Origin: Haliotis rubra
Lineage: Eukaryota
NCBI RefSeq assembly: GCF_003918875.1
Contig: NW_025767168.1
Location: forward strand, 2,976,001 to 3,040,000
Length of the DNA: 64,000 bases
Reading direction: 5' to 3'
Shown here: positions 49,305 through 63,503 of the stretch, piece by piece
Position numbering within the stretch: position 1 is the stretch's first letter
Layout of the letters: each line of letters begins with the position of its first letter
The notes under the pieces: model-generated
What the model saw: only the letters and a program-made list of their open reading frames with translations
What the model was told of the DNA's origin: nothing
The model's database searches: none
Position numbers and translations under genes: made by a program

Positions 49305-50880
49305 TACGGAAGCGTAGTAGGGCCACGGTGAAATTTTTTTGGGGGGGTCACTATCTCCTACGTAGGACTTAGTATCTCCTACGTAGGACTTAGTATCTCC
49401 TACGTGGGACATACTATCTCCTAAGTAGGACTTAGTATCTCCTACGTAGGACATACTATCTCCTACGTAGGACTTACTATCTCCCACGTAGGACATACTA
49501 TCTCCTACGTAGGATTTAGTATCTCCTACGTAGGACTTAATATCTCCTACGTAGGACTTAATATCTCCTACGTAGGACTTAATATCTCCTACATAGGACT
49601 TAGTATCTCCTACATAGGACTTAGTATCTCTTACGTAGGACTTACTATCTCCTACATAGGACTTAATATCTCCTACGTAGGACTTAATATCTCCTACGTA
49701 GGACTTAGTATCTCCTACGTAGAACTTAATGTATCCTTTTTAAGGATGGTTATTTAGTTCAGAAATGTTTGGCAGGACGTTAGATAGTCGAAATGTGAGT
49801 CAATGAATATTCATGACACTAACGCAGAGTTACTGTACAGTGTTATTGTGTGTGTAGTACGTTAGGGTGACGTGGACCCTGTTCTAATTGCAGTTATGGA
49901 GGTTTGGGTATGGTTATGTTTAATCTATCATACATACATCTATTCACACACACAAACACACACACACACACACACACACACAGAGGTGGGTGGGATGGTT
50001 GGGGTGAGGTTGTGATACGAAACTCGGGTTATAATACGACCTCCGCAAGTTGTTGCTTGTGTTGATGGGGCTAGGTTGGATCGGATGCAACGCTCGTTTG
50101 CGGTTTTATTCGTAATTGTTTACAGGTTGACTTGACTGGGGTGGCTAGTGTTGAGTGCGGCGTAAAACAATACGAAATTCAAAAAGGCAAAGAATTGTCA
50201 TTATAGTTATAAATATAAGGGGATACGTACACATGGATTGCCACCTATAGTCTAAGACACGTCTGTACACGCAGATTATGATTCATGTGCAACGACCTCT
50301 GAAATATCCAATGCATAATAATAAAGTGTAACAAAGTGCAACATATAACAGTGAACTAACTGCAACGCGTAATAGTAGAGCAAACTGAACGCAAGGCAGT
50401 GAAGTATAACAGTCGGTCCAACACAGAACTAATGTGCAACAATTAGTTCACTCTAATAATGAAGGAAACAGTAGACTCTAATAGTAAATTGAAACACATG
50501 ATAGTAGACTCTAACAGTACATGAAACACATAACTGTAGACTCTAATAGTGAATGAAACGAATGACTGTAGATTCTTACAGTGACTGAAACAGTGAAACA
50601 GGAGATTGTGTGCGTGTCTGGGGCTTTAAGTCGACCGTTTCAGATTAATCTATATAAACGTATATCGATCATCTCCTACAGGAAATATTAAATACTACGT
50701 AGGAGATACTATGTCCTACGTAGGAGATACTAAGTCCTACGTAGGAGATACTAAGTCCTACGTAGGAGATATTAAGTCCTACGTAGGAGATACTAAGTCC
50801 TACGTAGGAGATATTAAGTACTACGTAGGAGATAGTAAGACCAAAAACTTTTTTCACCCTGGCCCTACTACGCTTCCGTA
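49305..50880. mobile_element. Non-autonomous DNA transposon with TACGG..CCGTA termini (IS3EU-like) and subterminal 21-bp tandem arrays
   Basis: TIRs tacggaagcgtagtagggcc / ggccctactacgcttccgta. The flanking 6-mers ctttct and gtttct match at 5 of 6 positions, consistent with a TSD. Inverted arrays of tatctcctacgtaggacttag lie at 49351-49730 and 50690-50836. Confidence 0.75.
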
Positions 50881-51684
50881 GTTTCTGGACTTTTGCGTGT
50901 CCAATTACATTGTGACGTGTTATATCTGAACTTTGACAAGGCAGTTGTTTCCTCTGGTCCAGATTTCCGCGAGGGCATTATAGCGGCTACAGTGTCAGAC
51001 ATTGTTCAAACTACTGTGGCTAACGAATGTGAAATAAATGTTTCCATCATGTATGTCAAGAGCAACAGTAGCAGTAACCCCAGATGCATAGAACAAGTCC
51101 CAATCGTGAGTCGTACTCTACACGTGACATAAAGGTACCTGTAAACCCTTACCGGTCAACACTGTACTCTAGACATAACAGACACTTGGTTACACCCTCT
51201 CAATGTACGTTGTGTACTTGTTCGTCTTGGTTTGAACTGACAAGTGTTTACAAACCTGCCTGTCTCAGTACAGACTTTATACAAATATCTGACACCTGTC
51301 TTTTGATATGGCTGTACCATTCAGCACTCTTCAAATAAATCCAAACACTCAGGACAGCCCCGGCCCCATAAATTGTCCTAAAACGTCCTGATCAAACAGT
51401 CAGCACATGGCAAGCACAATGCCTGCTGTGATGCCCCGTGTCACATGACTGCAATGCTGACGGTTGGTGAATGTAGGTTCAAAGGGTGGGTATATCTTCG
51501 GGGCAGTAACTGCCCTTAATTCACGTATTATCTGTGGCTGACATCCTGTAACCTTCAACAGCTGCCCGCTTCCAACAACAAATTATCAAGCGTTCTCTGC
51601 CAGAACTTTCCTGTGCTCCGAAACTTTCATATACTAGTAGGAGAGGATACACATACCATAAATTGTCCGCAAACTTAATACGCG

Positions 51685-54600
51685 ATTGAGTGAGTGGGTG
51701 AGTGGAGGAAGGGTGGGTGGATGGGTGTGGGAGTGAGTGAGTGGATGGTGGGTGAGAGAATGGGCTGTGAATGGGTGAGTTTGTGGTTCGATGGATGGGT
51801 GAATGAGTATATTGATTGCTCAATATAAAGTGAGTGTATTGATTGGTGGCTCTGTGAGTGTGGATGGGTTAGTGATTGTATGGTTTGGTGGATAGTTGTG
51901 TATAGGTTTTGGTTGATGAGTGATTGGATGGTTCGATGGATGGTTGTGTATAGGTGTGGATTGGTGAGTGATTGGATGATTTGGTGGGTGGTTGTGCATA
52001 GGTGTGGGTTGGTGAGTGATTGGATGGTTCCATGGATGGTTGTGTACAGGTGTGGATTGGTGAGTGATTGGATGCTTCGATGGATGGTTGTGTATAGGTG
52101 TGGGGTGAGTGATTGGATGGTTTGGTGGGCGGTTGAATATGGGTGTGGGTTGATGAGTGATTGGATGGTTCGATGGATGGTTGTGTATAGGTGTGGGGTG
52201 AGTGATTGGATGGTTTGGTGGATGGTTGTGTATAGGTGTCGGGTTAGTGATTGGATGGTTTCGTGGATGGTTGTGTATAGGTGTGGGTTGAGTGATTGGG
52301 TGGTTATATGGATGGTTGTGTATAGGTATGGGGTGACTGATTCTATGGTTCGATGGATGGTTGTGTATAGGTGTGGGTTGGTGAGTGATTGGATGGTTTG
52401 GTAGATGGTTGTGTATAGGTGTTGATTGGTGAGTGATTGGATGGTTTGGTGGATGGTTGTGTATAGGTGTGGGGTGAGTGATTGGATGGTTTGGTGGATG
52501 GTTGTGTATAGCTGTGGGTTGGTGAGTGATTGGATGGTTTGGTGGATGGTTGTGAATAGGTGTTGATTGGTGAGTGATTGGATGGTTTGGTGGACGGCTG
52601 TGTATAGGTGTTGATTGGTGAGTGATTGGATGGTTTGGTAGATGGTTGTGTATAGGTGTGGGGTGAGTGACTGGATGGTTCGATGGATGGTTGTGTATAG
52701 GTGTGGGTTGATGTGTGATTGGATGGTTTGGTACATGGTTGCGTATAGGTGTGGGTTGGTGTGTGATTGGATGGTTTGGTAGATGGTTGTGTATAGCTGT
52801 AGATTGGTAATTGATTGGATGGTTTTGTAGATGGTTATGTATAGGTGTGGATTGGTGAGTGATTGGATGGTTTGATGGATGGTTGTGTATAGGTGTGGGT
52901 GAGTGATTGGATGGTTTTGTGGATGGTTGTGTATAGGTGTCGGCTGGTGAGTGATTGGATGGTTTGGTGGATGGTTGTGTATAGGTGTTGATTGGTGCGT
53001 GATTGGATGGTTTGGTAGATGGTTGTGTAAAGGTGTGGATTAGTGACTGATTGGAAGGTTTGGAGGATGGTTGTGTATAGGTGTGGGGTGAGTGATTGAA
53101 TGGTTTGGTGGATGGGTGTGTATAGGTGTCGGGTGAGTGATTGGATGGTTTGGTTGATGGTTGTGTATAGGTGTGGGGTGAGTGATTGGATGTTTGTTTG
53201 TGGATGTAGAGTGTGTGATGGTGGATAGTTGGGATAGATGGATTTGGATAGTGTGTATTAGATAGAGTGATTCAGAAGAGTTTGAGTGGTAGTTGATAGA
53301 GTGTTGAATTGGTAAGTAATTGGTAGATTAGTAAATAGGTATTATAGGTGTGGGGGTGTGAGTGATTAGATGGTTTGTGGATGGATGTGTGCAAGCTGTG
53401 GGTAGTGAGATGGTTTGGTGGATGGTTGAATAGGTGTTGATTGATTGGTGAGTGACTGTATGGTTTGGTGGACGGCTGTGTATAGGTGTTGATTGGTGAG
53501 TGATTGGTGGTTTGGTAGATTGTGTATAGGTGTAAATTGGTGACTGGACAGTGGTTGTGTATAAGGTGTGGGTTGGTGTGTGATTGGATAGTTTGGTAGA
53601 TGGTTGTGTGTATAGGTGTGGGTTGGTCTGTGTGATTGGATGGTTTGGTAGATGGTGGTAGCTATGGGTGGTATATTGGATGGTTTTGGTAGGTGGTTAT
53701 GTATAGGTGTGGATTGGTGAGTGGTTGGATGGTTTGATGGATGGATGTGTATAGGTGTGGTGTAGGTGATTGGGATGGAATACGATTGATGGTTGTGCAT
53801 AGGTGTAGATTGATGAGTGATTGTATATAGTTTTGGTGGATGGTTGTGTGTATATAGAGTGTGGGTTGTTGAGTGATTGGACGGTTTGTGGATGGCTGTG
53901 CATAGGTGTGGGAGCGGATTGTTGGTGGTTTGGTGGTTGCTTGTGTGTATAGGTGTAGATTGATGAGTGATTGTATGGATTTGGTGGATGGGTGTGGGTT
54001 GTTGAGAGTGGACGGTTTGTGGATGTGCATAGAATATGGAGGGCAGGAGTTGTTGGATGGTTTGGTGGATGGTTGTGTATAGGTGTTGGGTGAGTGAATG
54101 GGTGGTTTGGTGGATGATTGTGTATAGCTGCAGAATGGCGAAGAGATTGGATGGTTAGGTGGATGGTTGTGTATAGCTTTGGGTTGCTGAGTGATTGGAT
54201 GGTTTGGTGGATGGTTGTGTATAGGTGTGGATTGGTGCGTGATTGGATGGTTAGGTAGATGGTTGTGTAATGGTGTGGATTAGTGAGTGATTGGAAGGTT
54301 TGGAGGATGGTTGTGTATAGGTGTGGGGTGAGTGACTGGATGGTTTGGTGGATGGCTGTGTATAGGTGTGGGTTGGTGAGTGTTTGGATGGTTTGGTAAA
54401 TGGTTGTGTATAGCCGTAGCTTGGTTATTGATTGGATGGTTTGGTAGATGGTTGTGTATAGGTGTGGATTGGTGAGTGATTGGATGGTTTGTGGATTGTT
54501 GTGTATAGGTGTCGGGATTGAGTGAATGGATGGTTTTGTGGATGGTTGTGTATAGCTGTGGATAGGTGAGTGATAGGATATGTTTTGGTAGATGGTTGTG

Positions 54601-57600
54601 TATAGCTGCAGAACGGCGAAGAGATTGGATAGTTAGGTGGATGGTTGTGTATAGCTTTGGGGTGAGTGATTAGGATGGTTTGGTGGATAGTTGTGTGTAT
54701 AGGGTGTGGGTTGATAGGTGATAGGATGGTTTTGATGGATGGTTGTGTATATAGCTGTGTGTTGGTGAATGGTTGGATGGTTTGTGGATGGTTGTGCATA
54801 GGTGTAGAGGTGAGTGATTGGATAGTTTGGGATGGTAGTGTATAGGTGTGGGTTGGTGAGTGATTGGATAGTTTGGTGGATGGTTGTGTATAGGTGTGGA
54901 TTGGTGCGTGATTGGATGGTTAGGTAGATGGTTGTATAATGGTGTGGATTAGTGAGTGATTGGAAGGTTTGGAGGATGGTTGTGTATAGGTGTGGGGTGA
55001 GTGATTGAATGGGTTGGTGGATGGGTGTGTATAGGTGTCGGGTGAGTGATTGGATGGTTTGGTTGATGGTTGTGTATAGGTGTGGGGTGAGTGATTGGAT
55101 GTTTGTTTGTGAATGGTTGTGTATAGGTGACGGGTGAGCGAATGGATGATTTTGTGGATGGTTGTGTATAGTTGTGGATAGGTGAGAGATTGGATGGTTT
55201 GGTAGATGGTTGTGTATAGCTGCAGAATGGTGAAGAGATAGAATGGTTGTGTATAGTTGTGGGTTGGTGAGTGACTGGATGGTTTGGTAGATGGTTGTGT
55301 GTAGGTGTGGGGTGAGTGATTGGATGGTTTGGAGGATGGTTGTGTATAGGTGTGGGTTGGTGAGTGTTTGGATGGTTCGGTAGATGGTTGTGTATAGTCG
55401 TAGCTTGGTTATTGATTGGATGGTTTGGTAGATGGTTGTGTATAGGTGTGGATATGTGAGTGATTGGATGGTTTGTGGATTGTTGTGTATAGGTGTCGGG
55501 TGAGTGAATGGATGGTTTTGTGGATGGTTGTGTATAGTTGTGGATAGGTGAGTGATTGGATGGCTTGGTAGATGGTTGTGTATAGGTGTGGGGTGACTTA
55601 TTCTATGGTTCGATGGATGGTTGTGTATAGGTGTGGGTTGGTGACTGATTGGATGGTTTGGTGGATGGTTGTGTATAGGTGTGGATTAGTAAGTGATTGG
55701 ATGGTTAGGTGGTTGGATAGTAATTAGTGAGTGAGTCAAATTTGGTTGTGTATAAAGAGTAATGGTGTGGATGGTTTGGTAAGTGATTCAGTATAGGTGA
55801 TTTTGAGTGGATGGTTTGAGTGGATAGGTGTTGGATTGGTGAGTGATTGGATAGTTTGGTAGATGGTTGTGTATAGGTGTGGGGTGAGTGATTGGATGGT
55901 TTGGTGGATGGTTGTGTATAGCTGTGGTGATTTGGTGTTTGAGTGATTGGATGAATGGTTTGGGTAGGTGGATGGTTGTGAATATGTGTTGATTGGTGGT
56001 ATGTGATTGGATGGTTTGGAGTGGATGGAGCTGTGTATAGGAAGTGTTGATTGGATGATGGATTGGATGGATAGTATAGGTAGTAGATGAGTTGTGTATA
56101 GAGTGTGGATGGAAGTGACTGGATGAGTTCGATGGATGAAGTATGTGTATAGGTGTGGGTTGGTGTGTGATTGGATGGTTTGGTACATGGTTGTGTATAG
56201 GTGTGGGTTGGTGTGTGATTGGATGGTTTGGTAGATGGTTGTGTATAGCTGTAGATTGGTAATTGATTGGATGGTTTGGTAGATGGTTATGTATAGGTGT
56301 GGATTGGTGAGTGGTTGGATGGTTTGATGGATGGATGTGTATAGGTGTGGTGTGAGTGATTGGATGGTACGATTGATGGTTGTGCATAGGTGTAGATTGA
56401 TGAGTGATTGTATGGTTTGGTGGATGGTTGTGTATAGGTGTGGGTTGTTGAGTGATTGGACGGTTTGTGGATGGCTGTGCATAGGTGTGGGGCGAGTTAT
56501 TGGATGGTTTGGTGGTTGCTTGTGTATAGGTGTAGATTGATGAGTGATTGTATGGTTTGGTGGATGGGTGTGGTTGTTGTTGGTAGTGAGTGGATTGGAT
56601 GGTTTAGTGGATGATTGGATGGTTTGTATAGGTGTGGGATGGTTGTGATTGATAGTATTGTATAGTTTGGTGATGGTTGTGTGTATAGCGATTAGTTATT
56701 GGATGGTTTGGTAGATGGTTGTGTATAGATTTGATTGAAGTGTTGGTGGATGTTTGTGAATGGTTGGTAGTGGTGGTTTGGTGGATAGTTGTGTATGTAG
56801 ATAGCTGTAGGCAGAGTGATTCAGAATTTAGGTGGATAGTTGTGTATATAGAGTGTTGATTGGTGTTAGGTGGATGGTTGTGTATAGAAGTGTAGGTTGG
56901 TAGTGATTGGATGGTTGGTGGATGGTTGTGTTTTGGTGGATTGGTGATAGTGATTGGATGGTTTAGTGGATGGTTGTGTAATAGGTGTGGATTAGTGAGT
57001 GATTTGGAAGTTTTTGGAGGATGGTTGTGTATAGGTGTGGGGATAGTTTAGTAGTGGATTGAAGTGACTAAGTTGGTGGATGGGTTGTGTATAAGTGTCA
57101 GGTGAGTGATTGGATGGTTTAGTTGATGGTTGTGTATAGGTGTGGGGTGAGTGATTGGATGTTTGTTTGTGAATGGTTGTGTATATAGGTGACATTGGGT
57201 GAGCGAATGGATGATTTTGTGGATGGTTGTGTATAGTTGTGGATAGTGTGAGTGATTGGATGGTTTGGTAGATGGTTGTGTATAGCTGCAGAATGGTGAG
57301 TGAAGAGATAGAATGGTTGTGTATAGTTGTGGGTTGGTGAGTGACTGGATGGTTTGGTAGATGGTTGTGTGTAGGTGTGGGGGTGAGTTATTGGATGGTT
57401 TGGTGGCTTGTGTATAGAGTGTAGATTGATGTATAGTTGTGGGTTGGTTGTTGAGTGATTGGATGGTTTGGGATGGTTGGTGTGATGGTTTGGTGGTTAG
57501 TGTGTGGGTTGGTGAGTGACTGGATGGTTTGGTGGCTGGTTGTGTATAGAATGGTGTCAGGTGTGAGTGACTGGATGGTTTGGTGGATGCTTGAGTATAT

Positions 57601-59520
57601 CTGTGGGTTGTTGAGTAATTGGATGGTTTGGTGGATGGTTGTGTATTGCTGTGGGTTGGTGTGTGATTGGATGGTTTGGTAGATTGTTGTGTATAAATGT
57701 GGATTGTTGAGTGATTGGATGGTTTGAGGATGGTTGTGTATAGGTGTGGGGTGAGTGACTGGATGGTTTGGTGGATGGCTGTGTATAGGTGTGGGTTGGT
57801 GAGTGTTTGGATGGTTTGGTAAATGGTTGTGTATAGCCGTAGCTTGGTTATTGATTGGATGGTTTGGTAGATGGTTGTGTATAGGTGTGGATTGGTGAGT
57901 GATTGGATGGTTTGTGGATTGTTGTGTATAGGTGTCGGGTGAGTGAATGGATGGTTTTGTGGATGGTTGTGTATAGCTGTGGATAGGTGAGTGATAGGAT
58001 GGTTTGGTAGATGGTTGTGTATAGCTGCAGAATGGCGAAGAGATTGGATGGTTAGGTGGATGGTTGTGTATAGCTTTGGGGTGAGTGATTGGATGGTTTG
58101 GTGGATGGTTGTGTATAGGTGTGGGTTGATGAGTGATAGGATGGTTTGATGGATGGTTGTGTATAGCTGTGTGTTGGTGAATGGTTGGATGGTTTGTGGA
58201 TGGTTGTGCATAGGTGTGGGGTGAGTGATTGGATGGTTTTGTGGATGGTTGTGTATAGGTGTGGGTTGGTGAGTGATTGGATGGTTTGGTGGATGGTTGT
58301 GTATAGGTGTGGATTGGTGCGTGATTGGATGGTTAGGTAGATGGTTGTGTAATGGTGTGGATTAGTGAGTGAGTGGAAGGTTTGGAGGATGGTTGTGTAT
58401 AGGTGTGGGGTGCGTGATTGAATGGTTTTGTGGATGGGTGTGTATAGGTGTCGGGTGAATGATTGGATGGTTTGGTTGATGGTTGTGTAGAGGTGTGGGG
58501 TGAGTGATTGGATGTTTGTTTGTGGATGGTTGTGAATAGGTGACGGGTGAGAGAATGGATGGTTTTGTGGATGGTTGTGTATAGTTGTGGATAGGTGAGA
58601 GATTGGATGGTTTGGTAGATGGTTGTGTATAGCTGCATAATGGTGAAGAGATTGAATGGTTGTGTATAGTTGTGGGTTGGTAAGTGACTGGATGGTTTGG
58701 TAGATGGTTGTGTGTAGGTGTGGGGTGATTTATTGGATGGTTTGATGGATGGTTGTGTATAGCTGTGTGTTGGTGAATGGTTGGATGGTTTGTGGATGGT
58801 TGTGCATAGGTGTGGGGTGAGTGATTGGATGGTTTGGTACATGGTTGTGTATAGGTGTCGGGTGAGTGAGTGCATGGTTTAGTGGATGGTTGTGTATAGG
58901 TGTGGGTTGGTGAGTGTTTGGATGGTTTGGTAGATGGTTGTGTATAGCAGTAGATTAGTTATTGATTGGATAGTTTGGTAGATGGTTGTGTACAGGTGTG
59001 GATTGGTGAGTGATAGGATGGTTTGGTAGATGGTTGTGTATAGCTGCAGAATGGCGAAGAGATTGGATGGTTAGGTGGATGGTTGTGTATAGCTTTGGGT
59101 TGGTGAGTGATTGGATGGTTAGGTAGATGGTTGTGTAATGGTGTGGATTAGTGAGTGATTGGAAGGTTTGGAGGATGGTTGTGTATAGGTGTGGGGTGAG
59201 TGATTGGATGTTTGTTTGTGAATGGTTGTGTATAGGTGACGGGTGAGCGAATGGATGATTTTGTGGATGGTTGTGTATAGGTGTGGATAGGTGAGAGATT
59301 GGATGGTTCGATGGATGGTTGTGTATAGGTGTAGATTGATGAGTGATTGGATAGGTTTTATGGGTGAGTGAGTGTAAGTGTTGGTAGGTGGGTTGGTGTG
59401 TGGATTGTTTGGTGATTGAGTGATTGAGTAGAAGGGTTGTGGATGGTTGAGTGAGTGGATGAGTTGTGGATAGGTCTGTGAGGGGGTAAATTGGTGGATG
59501 GGTTAGGTTAAGGCTTGGGT
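51685..59520. repeat. About 7.8-kb G/T-rich satellite; unit of about 48-51 bp, gtgagtgattggatggtttggtggatggttgtgtataggtgtgg(gttg)
   Basis: Directly visible tandem array. The plus strand is nearly devoid of C, and variant blocks recur. Confidence 0.95.
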
Positions 59521-60341
59521 GATGTCTATTTTCGGGGGGGTGTTCATAATATCCAAGATTTCTGCACATGATAGGAACACGTATGTCGAAAACATGGTTA
59601 CAATGCGTGAAACCCCGCCTTGATATTGCTGGAATATTTCTAAAAGCGGCGTAAAACTAAAGTCACTCACTCATTTGGGCTGTCTTCATGCATTATGATT
59701 AAACACAGCACAATAAACAGAACAGTTAGAACTGTGGTGAGGAAATGTAACACAGCCCGATTTAACAAATATTTTATTACTTTCTTTCCGAACAGAGGCT
59801 GTATCTAGTTAAATTCACCACCGGTGTCTAACCGATTCACAGTGAACGGCTTAGTATTCAGTTGCCCGGGACCGGACTGACCCAGATACACAAGTGGCCC
59901 TGGTTCATTGTACACATTGGGATTCGGGACAAACACATTAACTGAAAACACCCAGTATTGTCATAAGACCAACTGAATCGGGAGGTCAGGGTTGGTGATC
60001 TAGTTGACAGCGTTTTACCACACCGCAACAACCTACGCGGATCGTTGCTCATTGTGTAAATATCGAGATCTGTTTTGCCCCTCCATATTTTAGAATTTAA
60101 AAATGTCGTACCGCTAGAAGTTGCAGTGGGCGTTAAATATGCTGCTTCTGCAAAACTTGAGCGAGTTTGCTGTTCGGTAACTGTGATTTGCTCTCTGCAG
60201 CTGAAATTTCCTCAGATATTATAACTAATTGTTTTCATCATGAGTCTTTGAATCCGGTTAATACACGACGACACTACTAACGATGATGATAATAATGGTT
60301 AAGGTAACTGCTTGGTTATTTAAATGTCGGTAACGAATAAT

Positions 60342-60498
60342 GAGTGAGCGAGTGAGTTTTTAGCATTATTCAAGAAATATCACACCGTGGACACCAGAAA
60401 TGGGCTTCACACATTGTACCCATGTGGGGAATCGAACCCGGGTCTTCGACGTGACGCGCGAACGCTTTAACCACTAGGCTACCCTACCCCACTGCCCC
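60342..60498 (-). mobile_element. SINE family A
   Basis: Head, body and tail recognisable. Confidence 0.8.
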
Positions 60499-62994
60499 AT
60501 AACCTTTAAGTCATCAGGCTAAAATTACGGTTACTTCATGCATAGTCATAGCATGATGACAAAATGAGTATGTTAAAATAGGCATGACGTTAGATATCTC
60601 CGGGACGAATGAAGGTGAGAGGACCAGAATGCAAACATCCAATGAAGCGGAAACAATGTACAAAACAAACGCTTGTGACCCAAACATATTGAAAAGTAAT
60701 GTGACAATATATGTTTCAAATGTACACCAGAATAACCTTTGCAACATCAATAGGCCATTTGAAAGGCCATTTTTCATGCTGGATAGCATGCTAAAAGCGC
60801 ACAGAATTACGACTATGTTAAGAATTGTGTATTAAGAGGCGTCAATAACAATAAGGCATCTTATATAGCGATAAACTCAACTCACCATGGGCATTACAAC
60901 GTAATGGACATTATTACCCCGGATAGCTCAAGCTGCCTGTTAGGCACAAGAAGGGTAATAGTCATATAACTTATCCCACCGGGTACCCATTTTCTGCTGG
61001 GTGAACAAATACAATTTTGAACAAACTGACTTGAAACCACATGTGCCGTTGTGGGGCAGGACAGAAGTCTCATGAGTAAAACACGTTCACCTATTCAAGG
61101 ACTCTCCAAGACCAACCTTGCTTAACCTCAGATTCCACCTGGACTGAGGCACAAAGGCCACACACCACCACAATAGATATAACCTAACCTAAATGCAAGT
61201 AAAATATCTTAATTAATTAATTTGTAGGATCATTTCTGGTGTGAAAGCAGAATCATTGGTATTCTCAGTTGTGTAAGATGTCATTGATCAAAGAGACTAA
61301 AATGCTTTCAATGAGATTGCAATAGTGATTGCTTTAAGATAAGGGACTCAGGTAATAAGTGAGAGTGCTTGTATGTCATAAGTCTTTTAAGGGGTTTTAG
61401 CTTTACATAAGGCTTGTTTGAATCTGTTGTGACTCAATAGCAAGAAACTACTGAACATTTTACAGCGGACTCATATTCATTTAAATCAACTCGTCTGAAA
61501 GCTTTCCAACGCTGACTATGTAACAGGTTTGGATCCCACAGATGAAAATAATGCATACGCGACCTCAGTTTTACTGGTTCATGTTGACATCAGGATCGGA
61601 ATTTGGCCATGCAGGGAGCAAGATATCTCATCCCAGCGAGACGAGTGAAGAGACGATGTACGCAGAACATACTTTCATTCCCATATTTGGTGTTACAATC
61701 ATGCGCATCGTTTCTGAGATGTTGATATTTAGACCCCATAGTTAAATGTGTGGAATCATGCTGGCCATTTGTTTTCACTTGTATATTTGGCTTTTCTGTA
61801 TTTTCACAATTGCGTAGAAGGTACTTATTATCTACTTAGATGTACGTATGGTCTAAATAGTTGATACTTGTCCTAGACAGCGGCACGAATGCGCTTCCAC
61901 AGTGAACTCACTCCAATACCATAGAACTGTACAATACCATATCAGTGAGACAACTAGCCATCGTACTGAATACTATTTTTCTTCAGCAAATTGGTGTCAC
62001 CTTCTTCAGATGTATCCGATGGCTTCTCTTTGTCAGTACAAACCTGCAACAACTGCATTCAACAGTATTGAACCAGAATGTGTTTTACCCATAATGGCAT
62101 GTGTCTTCCCACCCCTCCTCTTCTTTGACATTAGTTCAACTTGTTACTGTAAATGCATTTGCGAATCTGAAGAAAACAACATTTGCAAAATAATATAAGT
62201 GCATCTCCTGATTAAAGTATTGATTAATCATCATTACATTCAGAACTTGTTGACTCTTCATGGATAAAAAAAGACTCTTAACTTGAAACAGCAGTGTGCA
62301 TGGGAGATTGTATAATGCAGGTATATGAACTTATAATGAAACGTCAGTAGCTTTTCTGTTTGGTAGAAATTTCCAAATTGTTTCCATGGAAACAAAAGAC
62401 ATTAAAACTGTAAAGTGACAAAGACGGAAAGGTAATATTTTGAGATTATAGCACATGTATATTGTCATGTAAACATTAGTCATTTGTTTAAGAGTTATGG
62501 ATCGGAAACGAAGCGAAAAGTTTATAAAAGTACGTGGAAGTGATTTCCATGGAAACATAGATAATAAGAAAACAGATAATTCAGAAAACTTAGCAAACTG
62601 TACCAGACAGGCTGATGAGCAAAAGGTTTGCTCGAATTTGTTGAATAATGTTAAAATTATGGTCCGGAAATGACAGTATGTGCCAGTGTAATGTCGATGT
62701 TGAACAGTTACATCCGAATACTGCATTTCAAAATTGACAACATATTTGCGATTACAATTGGCAGGTGGGAGCTCACGATAAAGTGATTTGACTTATAACT
62801 GCAGTTCAATTGCTGTTTATTTGATCATTGTCACTACCTCACTATATTATTGTGTATAACGTTTGATTTAATTCAACATTTGACTTGCATGTGTTTGTGA
62901 TAGATCCACCGACGGGGCAGAATACGCTCACTTTCGTGTTCTATGTTCTTGATACCATTCTGTTTCATAAAAATGAAACACCAAAGTGTCATAG

Positions 62995-63503
62995 GAATCA
63001 TACGCACTAAAGGCGCTGCATGGAAAGACATGACAAAGTTCGCTGTTACCATCCTCTGAGAGTTTCGGATGGAAAAGTCAATCCTTGAAGAGAAAATACA
63101 AGACGACTTGTCGCTATTTATGAAAGCATTTGAGAAGGAGGAGGCAAATGATTTTGATTGTAAACGACTAGTCCACAATCCCACGTCCAACATTATTTCC
63201 GGAATTTGCTTCGGAAAGCATTATGAATACAATGATCCACAATTCACCAAGCTGTTAAAGGCAACAGAAGGGATTGTCGCTGACATAGGAACTGCTAACG
63301 CTCTGGGTGTGTTTCCAGCCGGGAGATTTCTTTACCTATAAACGCCTCATGAGAAACCTTCACATTCTGGAGAAAGAGGTAGCACTTAGCTCAACACATT
63401 GCGGAACACGTCAACGGATACGGCGAAGATGACGTTGAAGATTCCATCACAGCTGTTACAAAAGAGATGCGACACGGCAAGCAAGGCCAAACATTACGTG
63501 TTG
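62995..63503 (+). pseudogene. Cytochrome P450 (CYP2-clan-like) exon remnant
   Basis: After an acceptor (catag|) it reads GIIRTKGAAWKDMTKFAVTIL*EFRMEKSILEEKIQDD...SNIISGICFGKHYEYNDPQF..., matching C/D/E-helix motifs of CYP2-type P450s. There is an in-frame TGA at 63057, a further stop at 63339 and frameshifts, and the WxxxR arginine is lost. Confidence 0.8.

Noticed and set aside
51675-59569. Many His/Thr/Gln-rich or Trp/Val-rich ORFs up to 387 aa
   Set aside because: They are translations of the satellite in several frames, with no splice or domain support.
62608-62640. Possible hammerhead core ctgatgagcaaaaggtttgctcgaat
   Set aside because: The stem II register consumes the conserved GA, GAAA is GAAT, and no stem I/III or cleavage triplet was found.
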